Origin: Flaccisagitta enflata
Lineage: Eukaryota
Length of the DNA: 64,000 bases
Reading direction: 5' to 3'
NCBI GenBank assembly: GCA_965153355.1
Contig: OZ231126.1
Span: forward strand, 47,120,001-47,184,000
Shown here in pieces: positions 24,394 through 35,674 of this stretch (its first letter is position 1; every line of letters starts with the position of its first letter). Made by a program: the position numbers and the translations under genes. A model generated the notes under the pieces. It had not been told where the DNA came from, made no database searches, and saw nothing but the letters and a program-made list of their open reading frames with translations.

Positions 24394-26254
24394 ACAAGGC
24401 CAACACCTATAAGTCACGTGTGAGACATAACAAACTGACGTGACCTGACTCCTTGTTGTAGCACTTTATTGACTTAAACCAGACTTAAAACGCAACCCAA
24501 ACCAGACCCAAACCAGACTCAAACCAGACTCAAACCAGACTCAAACCAGACTTAAACCAGACTCAAACCAGACTCAAACCAGAATTAAACCAGACCGAAA
24601 CCAGACATAAACCAGACATAAACCAGACATAAACCAGACATAAACCAGATTTAAGCCAGACTCAAACTAGACTCAAACAGACTCAAACCAGACTCAAACC
24701 AGACTCAAACCCAGGATCAAACAGACTCCGACAAGATAAAACCCAGACTCAGAAGCCAGACTCAAACCAGACCGAAACCGGGCCAAAACCAGGCTCGTAG
24801 GCTCAACAGGCTCAAACTAGAATCAAACCAGACTCAAACCGAACTCAGACAACAAGACTCAAGCCAGAATTAAGGCAGACCAAAACCAGACCAAAACTAG
24901 ACCAAAACCAGACCTAAATCAAACCTAAATCAAACATAAACCAGACAAAAAACAGACCTTCAGACCAGGGCCCTAAACCAGACCAAGCGGGCCTAAACCA
25001 GACATAAATCAGACATGAACCGGTTTAAACCAGACTTAAACCCGGAGCTCAAACCAGACATGTAAACCAGACCAAACAGACTTGACCAGACTTAAACCAG
25101 ACAACCAGACAACCAAACTGACAGACTTAATTACCAGCAGACTTAAACAGCAGACTTAAGCCAGCAGACTTAAACCAGATTTAAACCAGCCATAAATGAA
25201 AAAATAATGACCAAAAATGACCCAAAAATGACAAAAATGACCAAAGACCAAAAAGACCAAAAATGACCAAAAATGACCAAATTGACCAAAAATGACCAAA
25301 AATAACAAAAATGATGAAAATAACAAAAATGACAAAATTGACCAAAAATGACCAAAAATGACCAAAAATGACCAAAAATGACCAAAAATGACCAAAAATG
25401 ACCAAAAATGACAAAAATGAAAAATGACCAAAAATGACCAAAAATGACCAAAAATGACCAAAAATGACCAAAATGACCAAAATGACCCAAAATGACCCAA
25501 AATGACCCAAAATGACCCAAAATGACCCAAAATGACCAAAAATGACCAAAAATGACCAAAAATGACCAAAAATGACCAAAAATGACCAAATAACACCAAA
25601 AATGACCAAAAATGACCAAAAATGACCAAAAATGACCAAAAATGACCAAAAATGACCAAAAATGGCAAAAATGACCCAAATGACCAAAATGACCAAAAAT
25701 GACCACAAATGACCACAAATGACCACAAATGACCACAAATGATCACAAATGACCACAAATGACCAAAAATGACCAAAAATGACCAAAAATGAACAAAAAA
25801 TGATCAAAAATGATCAAAATGATTAAAATGACCAAAATAATCAAAATGATCAAAAATAATGCAATGACTAAATGACCAAAATGACCAAAAATGATCAAAA
25901 AAGAATCCAAAAGATCAAAATGACTAAAAAGACCAAAACCAAAATGATCAAAATAACCAAAATGACCAAAATGACCAAAAATGACCAAATGACCCAAATG
26001 ACCCAAAATGAAGTCAAATGACCAAAAGTGACCAAAATGACCAAAATGAACAAAATAACCAAAATGACCAAAAAAATAAAAATGACCAAAAATGACTAAA
26101 AGCAACAAAAATTCACCAAAAGCAACAAAAAAAATAAAATAACTCAGGCAGTGACCCAAATGAGCGCTAAAAAGCAAGTGTTACGGACCGACGGACCGAC
26201 CGACCGACCGACCGACGGAGCGGGTTGTAGAGTCGCGTGCACGCGACTAAAAAT
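24394..26254 (-). mobile_element. HINE-like element expanded by internal (AAACCAGACT)n and (AAAATGACC)n arrays
   Basis: Starts AACAAGGCCAACACCTATAAGTCACGTG and ends GACCGACGG...AGTCGCGTGCACGCGACTAAAAA, with tandem arrays between. Confidence 0.82.
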
Positions 26255-27230
26255 TTATGTCACTCATGCTAAAAGTGCCGACACACGTGCGTTGGTCTAA
26301 TGACCTTGTTCTTCTTTGTATATGCTATATATTCTGATTCATTTACCAAAATTTATCTTTTTACATTGGTTGCGGACACGCAACTCTATAAGAGCTTTGT
26401 CTGTCCGTCCTGTCGGTCGTTTAATAGTTGATCAGGTGAGCCCGAGTCGAAAAGAGTCAGAGTCAGAAACGAGCGTTGTGTCTATTGGAAAGGGTGTTGA
26501 TTAGGTGGGGTGTTGGTGTGGATGGGGGTTGGCTGCCCCTGCCCACCCATCACCAACGATATTGTGACCCCGCGTCACTTGTTTTGATTGAAAACAGGAA
26601 ATGCAAAAGATATGACCGCGTACCCACGAAGGCAACATTAAGGGTACGTATCAAATTGAGTCAAAATAAAAAACAAACATGAAAAAAGATTAAACAAGGC
26701 CAACACCTATAAGTCGCGTGCGAGACATAAATAACTTAAAATGACTTTTATAGACTCAAGATGACCTAAAATGATTCAAGACAACTTTAAATGACCTAAA
26801 AAGACCTAAAATGACTACTTTGACTTATTTGACTTAAGTGACTCAGAATAACTTAGAATGACTTAGAATGACTTAGAATGACTTGGAGATGACAGATAAC
26901 TTGGAATGACTTAAAATGACTTAAAATGACTTAGAATGACTGAAAATAACAAAGTAAAATAAAAAAAGTAAGTGTAGCGGACGAAGCGGGCGGGCGGGCG
27001 GACCGACAAAGCGGGTTGTAGAGTCGCGTGCACGCGACTAAAAAACAAATGAGTAAAAGTGATTAAGATGAGACACGCATGACATTTGAAAGCAAAATTT
27101 GCATCCATCTAGCAGGAGTCTCGGCTTTAGCTCCTATTTTTGAAGAAGATTCATCGAAATTTCTATTTTGTCCACTGATAAGAAGATGATTTAAATCATA
27201 AATTTGCATAGCAATGCAAAAAAGACAAAA

Positions 27231-27425
27231 TCAAGGCCGGATACACGGCTACCCCAGTCGCGTGTGGGTGGGCAGGGGCCGTATTTGAGGTCACTTGATC
27301 ACTTGAGCAGAAGCATATGAAGACCAAGACATAAAAACAAAAAAAAATGATGTGGCAGACGGACCAAACGGACAGACGGATGGACCGACAAAGCGGGGTG
27401 TAGAGTCGCGTAGCACTCGACTAAA
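27231..27425 (-). mobile_element. HINE-like element, short complete copy
   Basis: CAAGGCCGGATACACGGCTACCCCAGTCGCGTG...GACG microsatellite...GTAGAGTCGCGTAGCAC..GACTAAA. Confidence 0.8.
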
Positions 27426-27668
27426 TGAAAAAAACAAAAAAGGTTGTTCTCCACCCAAATGGTTTTCAGAGAAAACTTTGTTTTTGAAAATGCAGTATTT
27501 TTCTCTGTATCCTTTTTTAAAATTTCGACTTGAGAAAAAAGAAAAGAGTGTCAACAAAATTGCTTATCAAAAGTCGAATTTAAGCATTTGATATGAAACA
27601 AACGCAAATATCAAGTCTAGATGGATAATTTGTCCATTATTGATTTAAAAGTGAGGTTAGGCACTACG

Positions 27669-27850
27669 TTTTTAGTCGCGTGCACGCGACTCAACGACCC
27701 GCTTTGTCCGTCGGTTGGTCGGTCACATTTTACTTTATTTCATGATTCTATTTTTTGACCCCACTGCTCCTGCCCAAATGGTCTAGTGACCTCAAATATG
27801 GCCCCTGCCCACCAGCACTTGACTTCGGTAGCCTTGTATCCAGCCTTGTT
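27669..27850 (+). mobile_element. HINE-like element, representative copy. More than 20 related copies or fragments lie near 4960, 9200, 9580, 10000, 16020, 23087, 26360, 26694, 28546, 42340, 45180, 49570, 49865, 51318, 52277, 54674, 56844
   Basis: T-run plus AGTCGCGTGCACGCGACT hairpin, GTCC/GGTC microsatellite, 3' subterminal inverted copy, GCC...GGC stem-loop (degenerate in this copy) and TTGTT end; no TSD. This is the established HINE/DINE-1/Pearl architecture. Confidence 0.82.
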
Positions 27851-28111
27851 CCCTGGCAGATTTGATGTCGTATTATTAGTATCATATTATTAGTACTTAT
27901 TGCTTTTGAAATTCCGATCATGCTTTGAAAATAATAAACAAAAAGGAAAAAAAAATTTAAGAAAAAATTAAAAAAGAATGCAAGAATGGCAAACATAGAT
28001 ACAGACTGAGACTGCGGACATAAAAAAAGTAAGAAAATAACCATTATGATTTTCATTTCTGTTCTTTTTGTCTTAGTTTACGTACTTTCAAATATTCTAA
28101 ATGATCACAAT

Positions 28112-28335
28112 CAGGGGCGTATTTGGGCCCAAATTCTTGGGGCAGCAAGCCAAAATCTGTGTCCCAACAAAGCTTGTGTCCCAATGATTTTTCTATAACC
28201 TATGTAATTAATTATGCAATTATTATCACTAGTAGCATTGCTTTTTAATATAGCTATTGTGTTATCAAATAAAAGGAAGTCTTGCTTTACTACAGTGTAC
28301 TATTTACAGCATAAACAAGTCCAAGGAAAGATATT

Positions 28336-28426
<91 letters not shown>

Positions 28427-28508
28427 CATCTTTCCTCCCAATGGGATTTGTGCCCCAACAAAAAAGGCAGCAGCTGCTGCCCCTGATGTCAAATCAAATA
28501 CGCCCCTG
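28112..28508. mobile_element. hAT-type MITE containing a (CT)n microsatellite
   Basis: TIR CAGGGGCGTATTTG; perfect 8-bp TSD ATCACAAT at 28104-28111 and 28509-28516. Confidence 0.9.
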
Positions 28509-29019
28509 ATCACAATTAATCTGTTATGACTCAGTTTCATCAAGAAACAAGGCCGGATACACGGCTACCCCCAGTCACGTCTTGGGTAGGCAGGGAAGGC
28601 AGTATCACAAGTCCCGCCAGTGAGCTGGGCAGGTGGTGAGGCCAAAGACTGCAAAAACCCAAAAAAAGTAAAGTGTGACGGACGGACCAACGGACGGACG
28701 GAAGGACGGACCGACGGACCAACAAAGCAGGGTGTAGAGTCGCGTAGCACACAACTAAAAAGTAAAAACAGTAATTGACAAAAACCATACTGAAAATCGA
28801 TTTTAGTAGCAATTGAACCAAACCTACATTCGCAAATATTCATTTGATAATCAAACCTAATTGAACAATTTTAGGATAGCCAGATCGCCAAAACCTGGTT
28901 GGACAGAAGGATGGATGAATAATCAGATTCCCCCTGTGTTCTACAGGACTGTATCCCATTCAGAGCTATCACCCTGCTTCCCCTTAATTTAGATTGTAAA
29001 CCATTTTATTGTAAACCAT

Positions 29020-30180
29020 TTTAGGTTGGCAGCCCACCCAGGTGGGCTGCCAACTTGAGGTGAGCTGCTGGCTTGAAGTGGGCTGCCAAATTGAGGTGGG
29101 CTGGCAACTCAAGGTGGGCTGCCAACTTGAGGTGGGCTGCCAACTTGAGGTGGGCTGCCAACTCGAGGTGGGCTGCCAACTTGAGGTGGGCTGCCAACTT
29201 GTGGTGAGCTGCCTACTCAAGGTGGGCTGTTGACTCAAGGTGGGCTGCGGACTCGAGGTAGGCAGGTAATATGAGGTGGGCTGCCAACACAAGATAAGCT
29301 GCCAACACGAGGTGGGCTGCCGACTTGAGGTGGGTTGCCGACTTGAGATGGGCTGCCAACTTGAGATGGGCTGCCAATTCAAGGTGGGCTGCTGACTAGA
29401 GGTGGGTTGCCAATTTGAGGTGGGCTGCCAACTCGAGATGGGCTGCCAACTTGAGGTGGGCTGCCAACTCAAGATGGGCTGCCAACATAAGGCGGACTGC
29501 CAACAAGAAGTGGGCTGCCGACTTGAGGTGGGCTAGTAAATTGAGATAGGCTGCCAACTCAAGGTAGACTGCCGACTCAAGATGAGCTGCCAACATGAGG
29601 TGGGCTCCCAACTGAAGATGGGCTGTCAACTTGAAGTGGGCTGCCGACTCAAAGTGGGCTGCCAACTTGAAATGAGCTGCCGACTCAAGGTGGGCTACCA
29701 ACCTGAGGCGGGTTGCCAACTCAAGGTGGGTGCCAATTTAAGGTTGGCTACTGACTTGAGGTGGGCTGCCAATTCAAGGTAGACTGCCAACTTGAAGTCT
29801 GCCAACTTGAAGTGGGCTGCCAACTTGAAGTGGGCTGCCAACTTGAGATGGGCTGCCAATTTGAGATAGGCTGCCAAATCGAGCTGGGCTGCTGACTCGA
29901 GATGGGCTGCCGACTCAAGGTAGGCTGCCGACTCAAGGTGGGCTGCCAACTCAAGGTGGGCTGCCAACTTGAGGTGGGCGGCCGACTTGAGGTGGGCTGC
30001 TGTCTCAAGGTGGGCTGCCAACTCAAGGTGGGCTGCCAACTCAAGGTGGACTGCCAACTCAAGGTGGGCTGCCGACTCAAGGTGGGCTGCTGACTCAAGG
30101 TGGGCTGCTGACTCAAGGTGAGCTGCCATCTCAAAGTGGGCCCCCGTCTTGAGGTGGTCCTTCATAAATTGAAGTGGGCC
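29020..30180 (+). repeat. 18-bp minisatellite (GAGGTGGGCTGCCAACTT)n
   Basis: Direct tandem units visible; generates spurious SSWQPT and LELAAH ORFs. Confidence 0.95.
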
Positions 30181-30289
30181 GATACCGATACTGAAATTTT
30201 GCACTGTTTGAATTGATCATACGCGTATTTATTAACCCTCAAACAGTGCCTTTTCATCCTAGTTCGCCTAAATATGGAAGGGGTGTTAA

Positions 30290-32412
30290 GTCATTTCCAG
30301 TCATTTTCTGTTGATTTTAGTCAATCAAGTCATTTTGTCATTTTTTTGTCATTTTTGTCATTTTTTGTCATTTTATGTTATTATAAGTCATTTTAAGTCA
30401 TTCTTAGTCATTCTAAGTTATCTTAAGTCATTATAAGTCATTACAAGTCATTCTAAGTCATTATAAGTCATTACAAGTCATTCTAAGTTACTTTTTGGCT
30501 TTTGTGGTTTTAAGTGACACTTTGCTTTTTTGCGTCGTTTTTGGTCTATTTGGGTCATCTGGAGTTATTTTGAGTTATTTTTTTGTTGTTTTTGGTCATT
30601 TTTGATTGCTTTTGGTCATTTTTGGTTGCTTTTAGTCATTTTTTGTCATTTTTGATCGTTTATGTCACTTTGTTCATTTAATTTTAAGTCATTTGTGTCG
30701 TTTTTGGGCATTTAAAATAGTTTTAAGTATTTTTAAGTCATTTTGAAACATTTCAGGTCATTTTTGGTCATTCAAACATGGTTTTTGGTATGTTTGGTCT
30801 TTTTTATGTTTTTTTGGTTTTGTTTGTCTTTTGTTTTTGTTTTTTTAGTTTTTAGTTTTTTGCAGTTTTTTTTTTGGTTTCCGGTTTTGGTTTTGGTTTT
30901 TTTTTTGGTTTGGGGTTTTTGGTTTTTTGGTTTTTTTGGTTTTTTTTTTTTTTTTTTTTGTTTTTGTTTTTTGTTTTGTTTTTTAGTCATTTAAGTTTTT
31001 TGGTATGTTTTGGTCATTTATGTAATTTCAAGTCTGCTGGTCTCAGTCTGCTGGTTTAAGTCCCCTGGTTTAAGTCTGCTGATTTAAGTCCTCTGGTTTA
31101 AGTCCGCTGGTTTAAGTTGGCTGGTTTAAGGCGGCTGGTTTAAGTTGGTTTAAGTTGGGTGATTTAGGTTGGCTGGTTTTAGTCGGCTGATTTAGGTCTG
31201 CTGGTTTAGTTCTGCTGGTTTAGTCAGCTGGTTTTAGTCAGCTGGTTTTAGTCGGCTGGTTTTAGTTGGCTGGTTTTAGTTGGCTGGTTTTAGTTGGCTG
31301 GTTTTAGTTGGCTGGTTTTAGTTGGCTGGTTTTAGTTGGCTGGTTTTAGTTGGCTGGTTTTAGTTGGCTGGTTTTAGTTGGCTGGTTTTAGTCGGCTGGT
31401 TTTAGTCGGCTGGTTTAAGTCGGCTGGTTTAAGTCGCCTGGTTTTAAAATCGGCTGGTTTAAGTAGAAACTGGTTTAAGTCGGCTAGTTTAAGTCAAATA
31501 GTTTAATCGGCTGGTTTAGTCATTCAGTTTTAAATCGGCTGGTTCAAAGTCGGCTGGTTTAAGTCGGCTGGTTTAAGTCGTGGTTTAAGTCGGCTGGTTT
31601 AAGTCGGCTGGTTTAAGTCGGCTGGTTTCAGTCGGCCTGGTTTAAGTCGGCTGGTTAAGTCGGCCTTTCTAGTTTTAAATCGGCTGGTTTAAGTCGGCTG
31701 GTTTAAGTCGGCTGGTTTAAGTTGGCTGGTTTAAGTCGGCTGGTTTAAGTCGGCTGGTTTAAGTCGGCTGGTTTAAGTCGGCTGGTTTAAGTCGGCTGGT
31801 TTAAGTCGGCTGGTTTAAAGATCGGAAGAGCACACGTCTTAAAGTCGGCTGGTTTAAGTCATTGGTTTAAATCGGCTGGTTTAAGTCGGCTGGTTTAAAT
31901 CGGCTGGTTTAAGTCGGCTGGTTTTAAGTCCGGCTGGTTTCAGTCTGCTGGTTTTAAGTCTGCTAGTTTAATTGTCTGCTGGTTTTAAGACTGCTGGTTT
32001 AAGTCTGCTGGTTTAAGTCTGCTGGTTTCATACCTGCTGGTTTCTGAGAATCTGCTGGTTTTAGTCTGCTGGTTTAAGTCTGCTGGTTTAAGTCTGCTGG
32101 TTTAAGTCTGCTGGTTTAAGTCTGCTGTTTTAAGTCTGCTGGTTTAAGTCTGGTTCAAGTCTGGTTTATGTCTGGTTCAAGTCTGGTTTATGTCTGGTTT
32201 ATGTCTGGTTTAGGTCTGGTTTAAGTCTGGTTTAAGTCTGGTTTGAGTCTGGTTTGAGTCTGGTTTGAGTCTGGTTTGAGTCTGGTTTGGGTCTGGTTTG
32301 AGTCTGGTTTAAGTCTGGTTTAAGTCTGATTTTCGATAAAAAGATACATTAAGGTGTCAGGTCATTTCAGTTATTTTTGTCCTGCACGCGACTTATAGGT
32401 GTTGGCCTTGTT
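30290..32412 (+). mobile_element. 5'-truncated HINE-like element with (AAGTCATT)n, 14-bp (CTGGTTTAAGTCGG)n and 10-bp (TCTGGTTTRAG)-type arrays
   Basis: Ends GCACGCGACTTATAGGTGTTGGCCTTGTT, the reverse complement of the 24394 end; arrays occur in mirror order. Confidence 0.75.
31819..31839 (+). other. Illumina TruSeq adapter sequence (assembly artefact)
   Basis: Exact AGATCGGAAGAGCACACGTCT inside a 14-bp tandem array. Confidence 0.95.
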
Positions 32413-32573
32413 CCTTCTAAGATTTGTCTTTTATTTTCCCATGTCGCTTTCTCATCGTTCCTCTGTCCTTCTTTACATCTATTGTGATTCTTAAAGCCCA
32501 TCGCATCGCTCTTTAATTGATTATTGGACGGACACTACCTCTAGTCTTGTTCATGCCAATTCAACAAATGATA

Positions 32574-33078
32574 CAGTAGATGTCGTCTAGACTTGGAAAT
32601 ACGGGGGCCCTCATATCCTAACAACTATTTGAGCCAATGAAATGAAACTGTGTATGTATAATGCTTATGTCCTATAGGGTTGACGATGGGGTATGGCAGC
32701 TCTGTGGATAGAAAATTCTTTTGAATATACTAAAACACATTTGCTCTGTTTAAACAGTTGCCAGAATTGGTCTAGTGGTTAACTCACTTGAATTCAAATC
32801 TATCCTGATCAGTTTATTTCTTTAAAAGTTCCAGGTTCGAATCCCAGGCTGGTTTTGCAATTAAAGCAAATAGATAAAGCTGGAATTCTGCCATAAAAGT
32901 GATTGATCTTAACATTTTATACTAAAAGTTTTTTTAGGTAAGCTGCATGAGGATGCCATACCCCATCGTCAACCCCCTAGGGTCTATACATTAGACTAAC
33001 AAAATATCAGTCCCCTCACTGTACTGATGCTGAGGTTATAGGCTCCCCCGTATCTCCAAGTCTAGACGACATCTACTG
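32574..33078. mobile_element. Tc1/mariner-type MITE with TA TSD and a tRNA-like core
   Basis: TA|CAGTAGATGTCGTCTAGACTTGGA ... TCCAAGTCTAGACGACATCTACTG|TA; internal inverted GGGTTGACGATGGGGTATGGCA. Confidence 0.9.
32760..32856 (+). pseudogene. tRNA-like sequence / Pol III type-2 promoter
   Basis: A box TGGTCTAGTGG (32768-32778), B box GGTTCGAATCC (32834-32844), GCCAG/CTGGT end pairing, then TTTT. Confidence 0.6.
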
Positions 33079-33224
33079 TAAGTGCCCTGAAAACCGGAAA
33101 AAAGTAATTGAAAACAGCGGTTTCAGCGCCAACTGGAAACGGAAGTCGCATGGTGATTGGGAAGCGCGTCTAAATTGCGTTGAAATCGTGGCGAAAATGC
33201 TCTGTCGCAAGGCTCTAGCCACCG

Positions 33225-33790
33225 GTTCAAGGTGGGCCGCCAACTTGAGGTGGGCCGCCGACTCAAGGCGGGTTGCCGACTCAAGGTGGGCCGGCGACTA
33301 GTGGTGGGCCGGCGACTCAAGGCAAGCTGCCGACTCGAGGCAAGCCGGCGACTCGAGGCAAGCTGCCGACTCGAGGCAAGCTGCCGACTCGAGGCAAGCT
33401 GCCGACTCGAGGCAAGCTGCCGACTCGAGGCAAGCTGCCGACTCGAGGCAAGCTGCCGACTCGAGGCAAGCTGCCGACTCGAGGCAAGCTGCCGACTCGA
33501 GGCAAGCTGCCGACTCGAGGCAAGCTGCCGACTCGAGGCAAGCTGCCGACTCGAGGCAAGCTGCCGACTCGAGGCAAGCTGCCGACTCGAGGCAAGCTGC
33601 CCGCTCGAGGCAAGCTGCCGACTCGAGGCAAGCTGCCTACTTGAGGCCAGCTGCCAACTTGAGGCCAGCTGCCTACTTGAGGCAAGCTGCCAACTCAAGA
33701 GGGGCTACCAATTTGGGCTGTGGATTTGAGGCAAGCTGCCAACTCAAGAGGGGCTACCAATTTGGGCTGTGGATTTGAGGCGGGCTTTTG
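33225..33790 (+). repeat. 18-bp minisatellite (GAGGCAAGCTGCCGACTC)n, same family
   Basis: Highly homogeneous tandem units. Confidence 0.95.
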
Positions 33791-34704
33791 ACTTAAGGTT
33801 TGCTTATTTGAGTACTAATGTCAGGCCAAGCAGCAATCTCAAAAATGGGATGAACGTAGCACTAAGGTTGGAAACAATTTGACTGTTGGGCTCACATATA
33901 TGGACACACAGAGGATCATAGGGTTTCAGGCAGATGACACTGAAGGATGTGCGCTAGGTTGAGACCTGCGTAGCCTGGGTCCTGGAGTTGGAACCAGGCA
34001 CAGGGGTGAGCGGACCCCCTCAAGCAGCTAACAGCTGTCCTCACATGTCCCAAAAGAAGGTGCACCAGGAGAGGATCGACCCTGGGGCCATGTGGTCATG
34101 GGGCCAAAGGTAGTCAAAAGTGGTGTCAAAGTTCTTCTTAATTTCTTTGAGAAATCATTAAACACAGCCCATATCCCAGCCTTTGGGGGATTTGAGCCTT
34201 AAGACTGGGATTTTGGCCTCAAGGCTGAGATATTGGCCTAGAGACTGGGATATGGGCCTAGAGGGGGGTGCGGAGAAGGAAAAGGAAAAGGAGAAGGAAA
34301 AAATCCCCATATTTGTGAAAGCATAGGTCATCTAGCCCTTTGGGGCCACTGCCCTGCACCCCAATCTGCACCCAACTACAATCATGACCTACTTTAGCAG
34401 TACACAGGTACCTCTGACCATCTAACGCTTTTGCGACTATTTCATCATTGGCATGGATTTTGATGATGATCCCTAAAGGATTCTGAAATTAGTCATCCAA
34501 GGATCGCACATGGTCAGTGGTACCCAAAGACCTGCTTGGAGTGATCAGCTGAAGAAGTGAGGTGAGAGCAGGGCAGCGGCGGCAAAGGGCCAATGTACTG
34601 TAGAACACAAGGAAGAATTTCCAGATGTCCTGAGAAGTCACATTTGAGGGCCGCTGCCCAAAAAAGAAGGATAATTCTCAGCAGGCAATTATTCATGCAG
34701 ATCT

Positions 34705-35540
34705 ACAGTTGGCCCACCTTGAGGCGCCGGCCCATGATGAGGCGCCTGCCAACCTTGAGTAGCTGGCCCACCTTGAGTCGCCGGCCCACCTTGGGTTGCC
34801 TGGCCACCAAGTTGCCAGCCCACCTCAAGTCGCCGGCCCATCTCAAGTCGCCGGCCCACCTAAAGTCGCTGGCCTACCTCAAGTCGCTGGCCCACCTCAA
34901 GTCGCCGGCCCACCTCAAGTCGCCGGCCCACCTCAAGTCGCCGACCCACCTCAAGTCGCCGGCCCACCTCAAGTCGCCGGCCCACCTCAAGTCACCGGCC
35001 CACCTCAAGTCACCAGCCCACCTCAAATCCACCGCACCTTGAGTCGCCGACCCACCTTGAGTCGCCGGCCCACCTCAAGTAGCCGGCCCACCTCAAGTCG
35101 CCAGCCCACCTCAAGTCGCCAGCCCATCTCAAGTCGCCGGCCCATCTCAAGTCGCCGGCCCACCCCAAGTCGCCAGCCCACCTCAAGTCGCCGGCCCACC
35201 TCAAGTCGCCGGCCCACCTCAAGTCGCCGGCCCACCTCAAGTTGCTGGTCCACCTTTAGTCAGCCACCCACCTTGTTTGGGCGGCCCACCTACAGTCAAC
35301 CGCCCACCTCCAGTGGCTGGCCCACCTTGAGTTGGCGGCCTACCTAGGGTCCATAGCCCACCTCAGATCCGTAGCTGCATTAGATCTGCAGTACCCCTTT
35401 GGTCCACAGACTTGTGTCATGTCAGCAGAACACCATGAGTCGGCAGCCCACCATGAGTTGGCAGCCTACCTTAGGTCAGCAGTCCCCCTTTGGTCTGCAG
35501 CTCCACTTGGTTCGCAGCTGCCCTTGGATCCACAGCCCCC
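34705..35540 (-). repeat. 18-bp minisatellite (CCCACCTCAAGTCGCCGG)n, inverted relative to the previous two
   Basis: Reverse complement of the GAGGTGGG family. Confidence 0.95.
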
Positions 35541-35674
35541 TCACACCAGTTTACTTGGAACAAACCCTATTTGGCCACTGCCAAAAAAGGCCAACACTTA
35601 TAAGTCGCGGCCAGACTCTTAATACAATCCTTTTTAATTGACTCAATCAACAGGAATTACTAAATTTATACAAA

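Noticed and set aside
25156-26177. Hydrophobic FGHFWSFLVI repeat ORFs
   Set aside because: Translations of the (AAAATGACC)n array.
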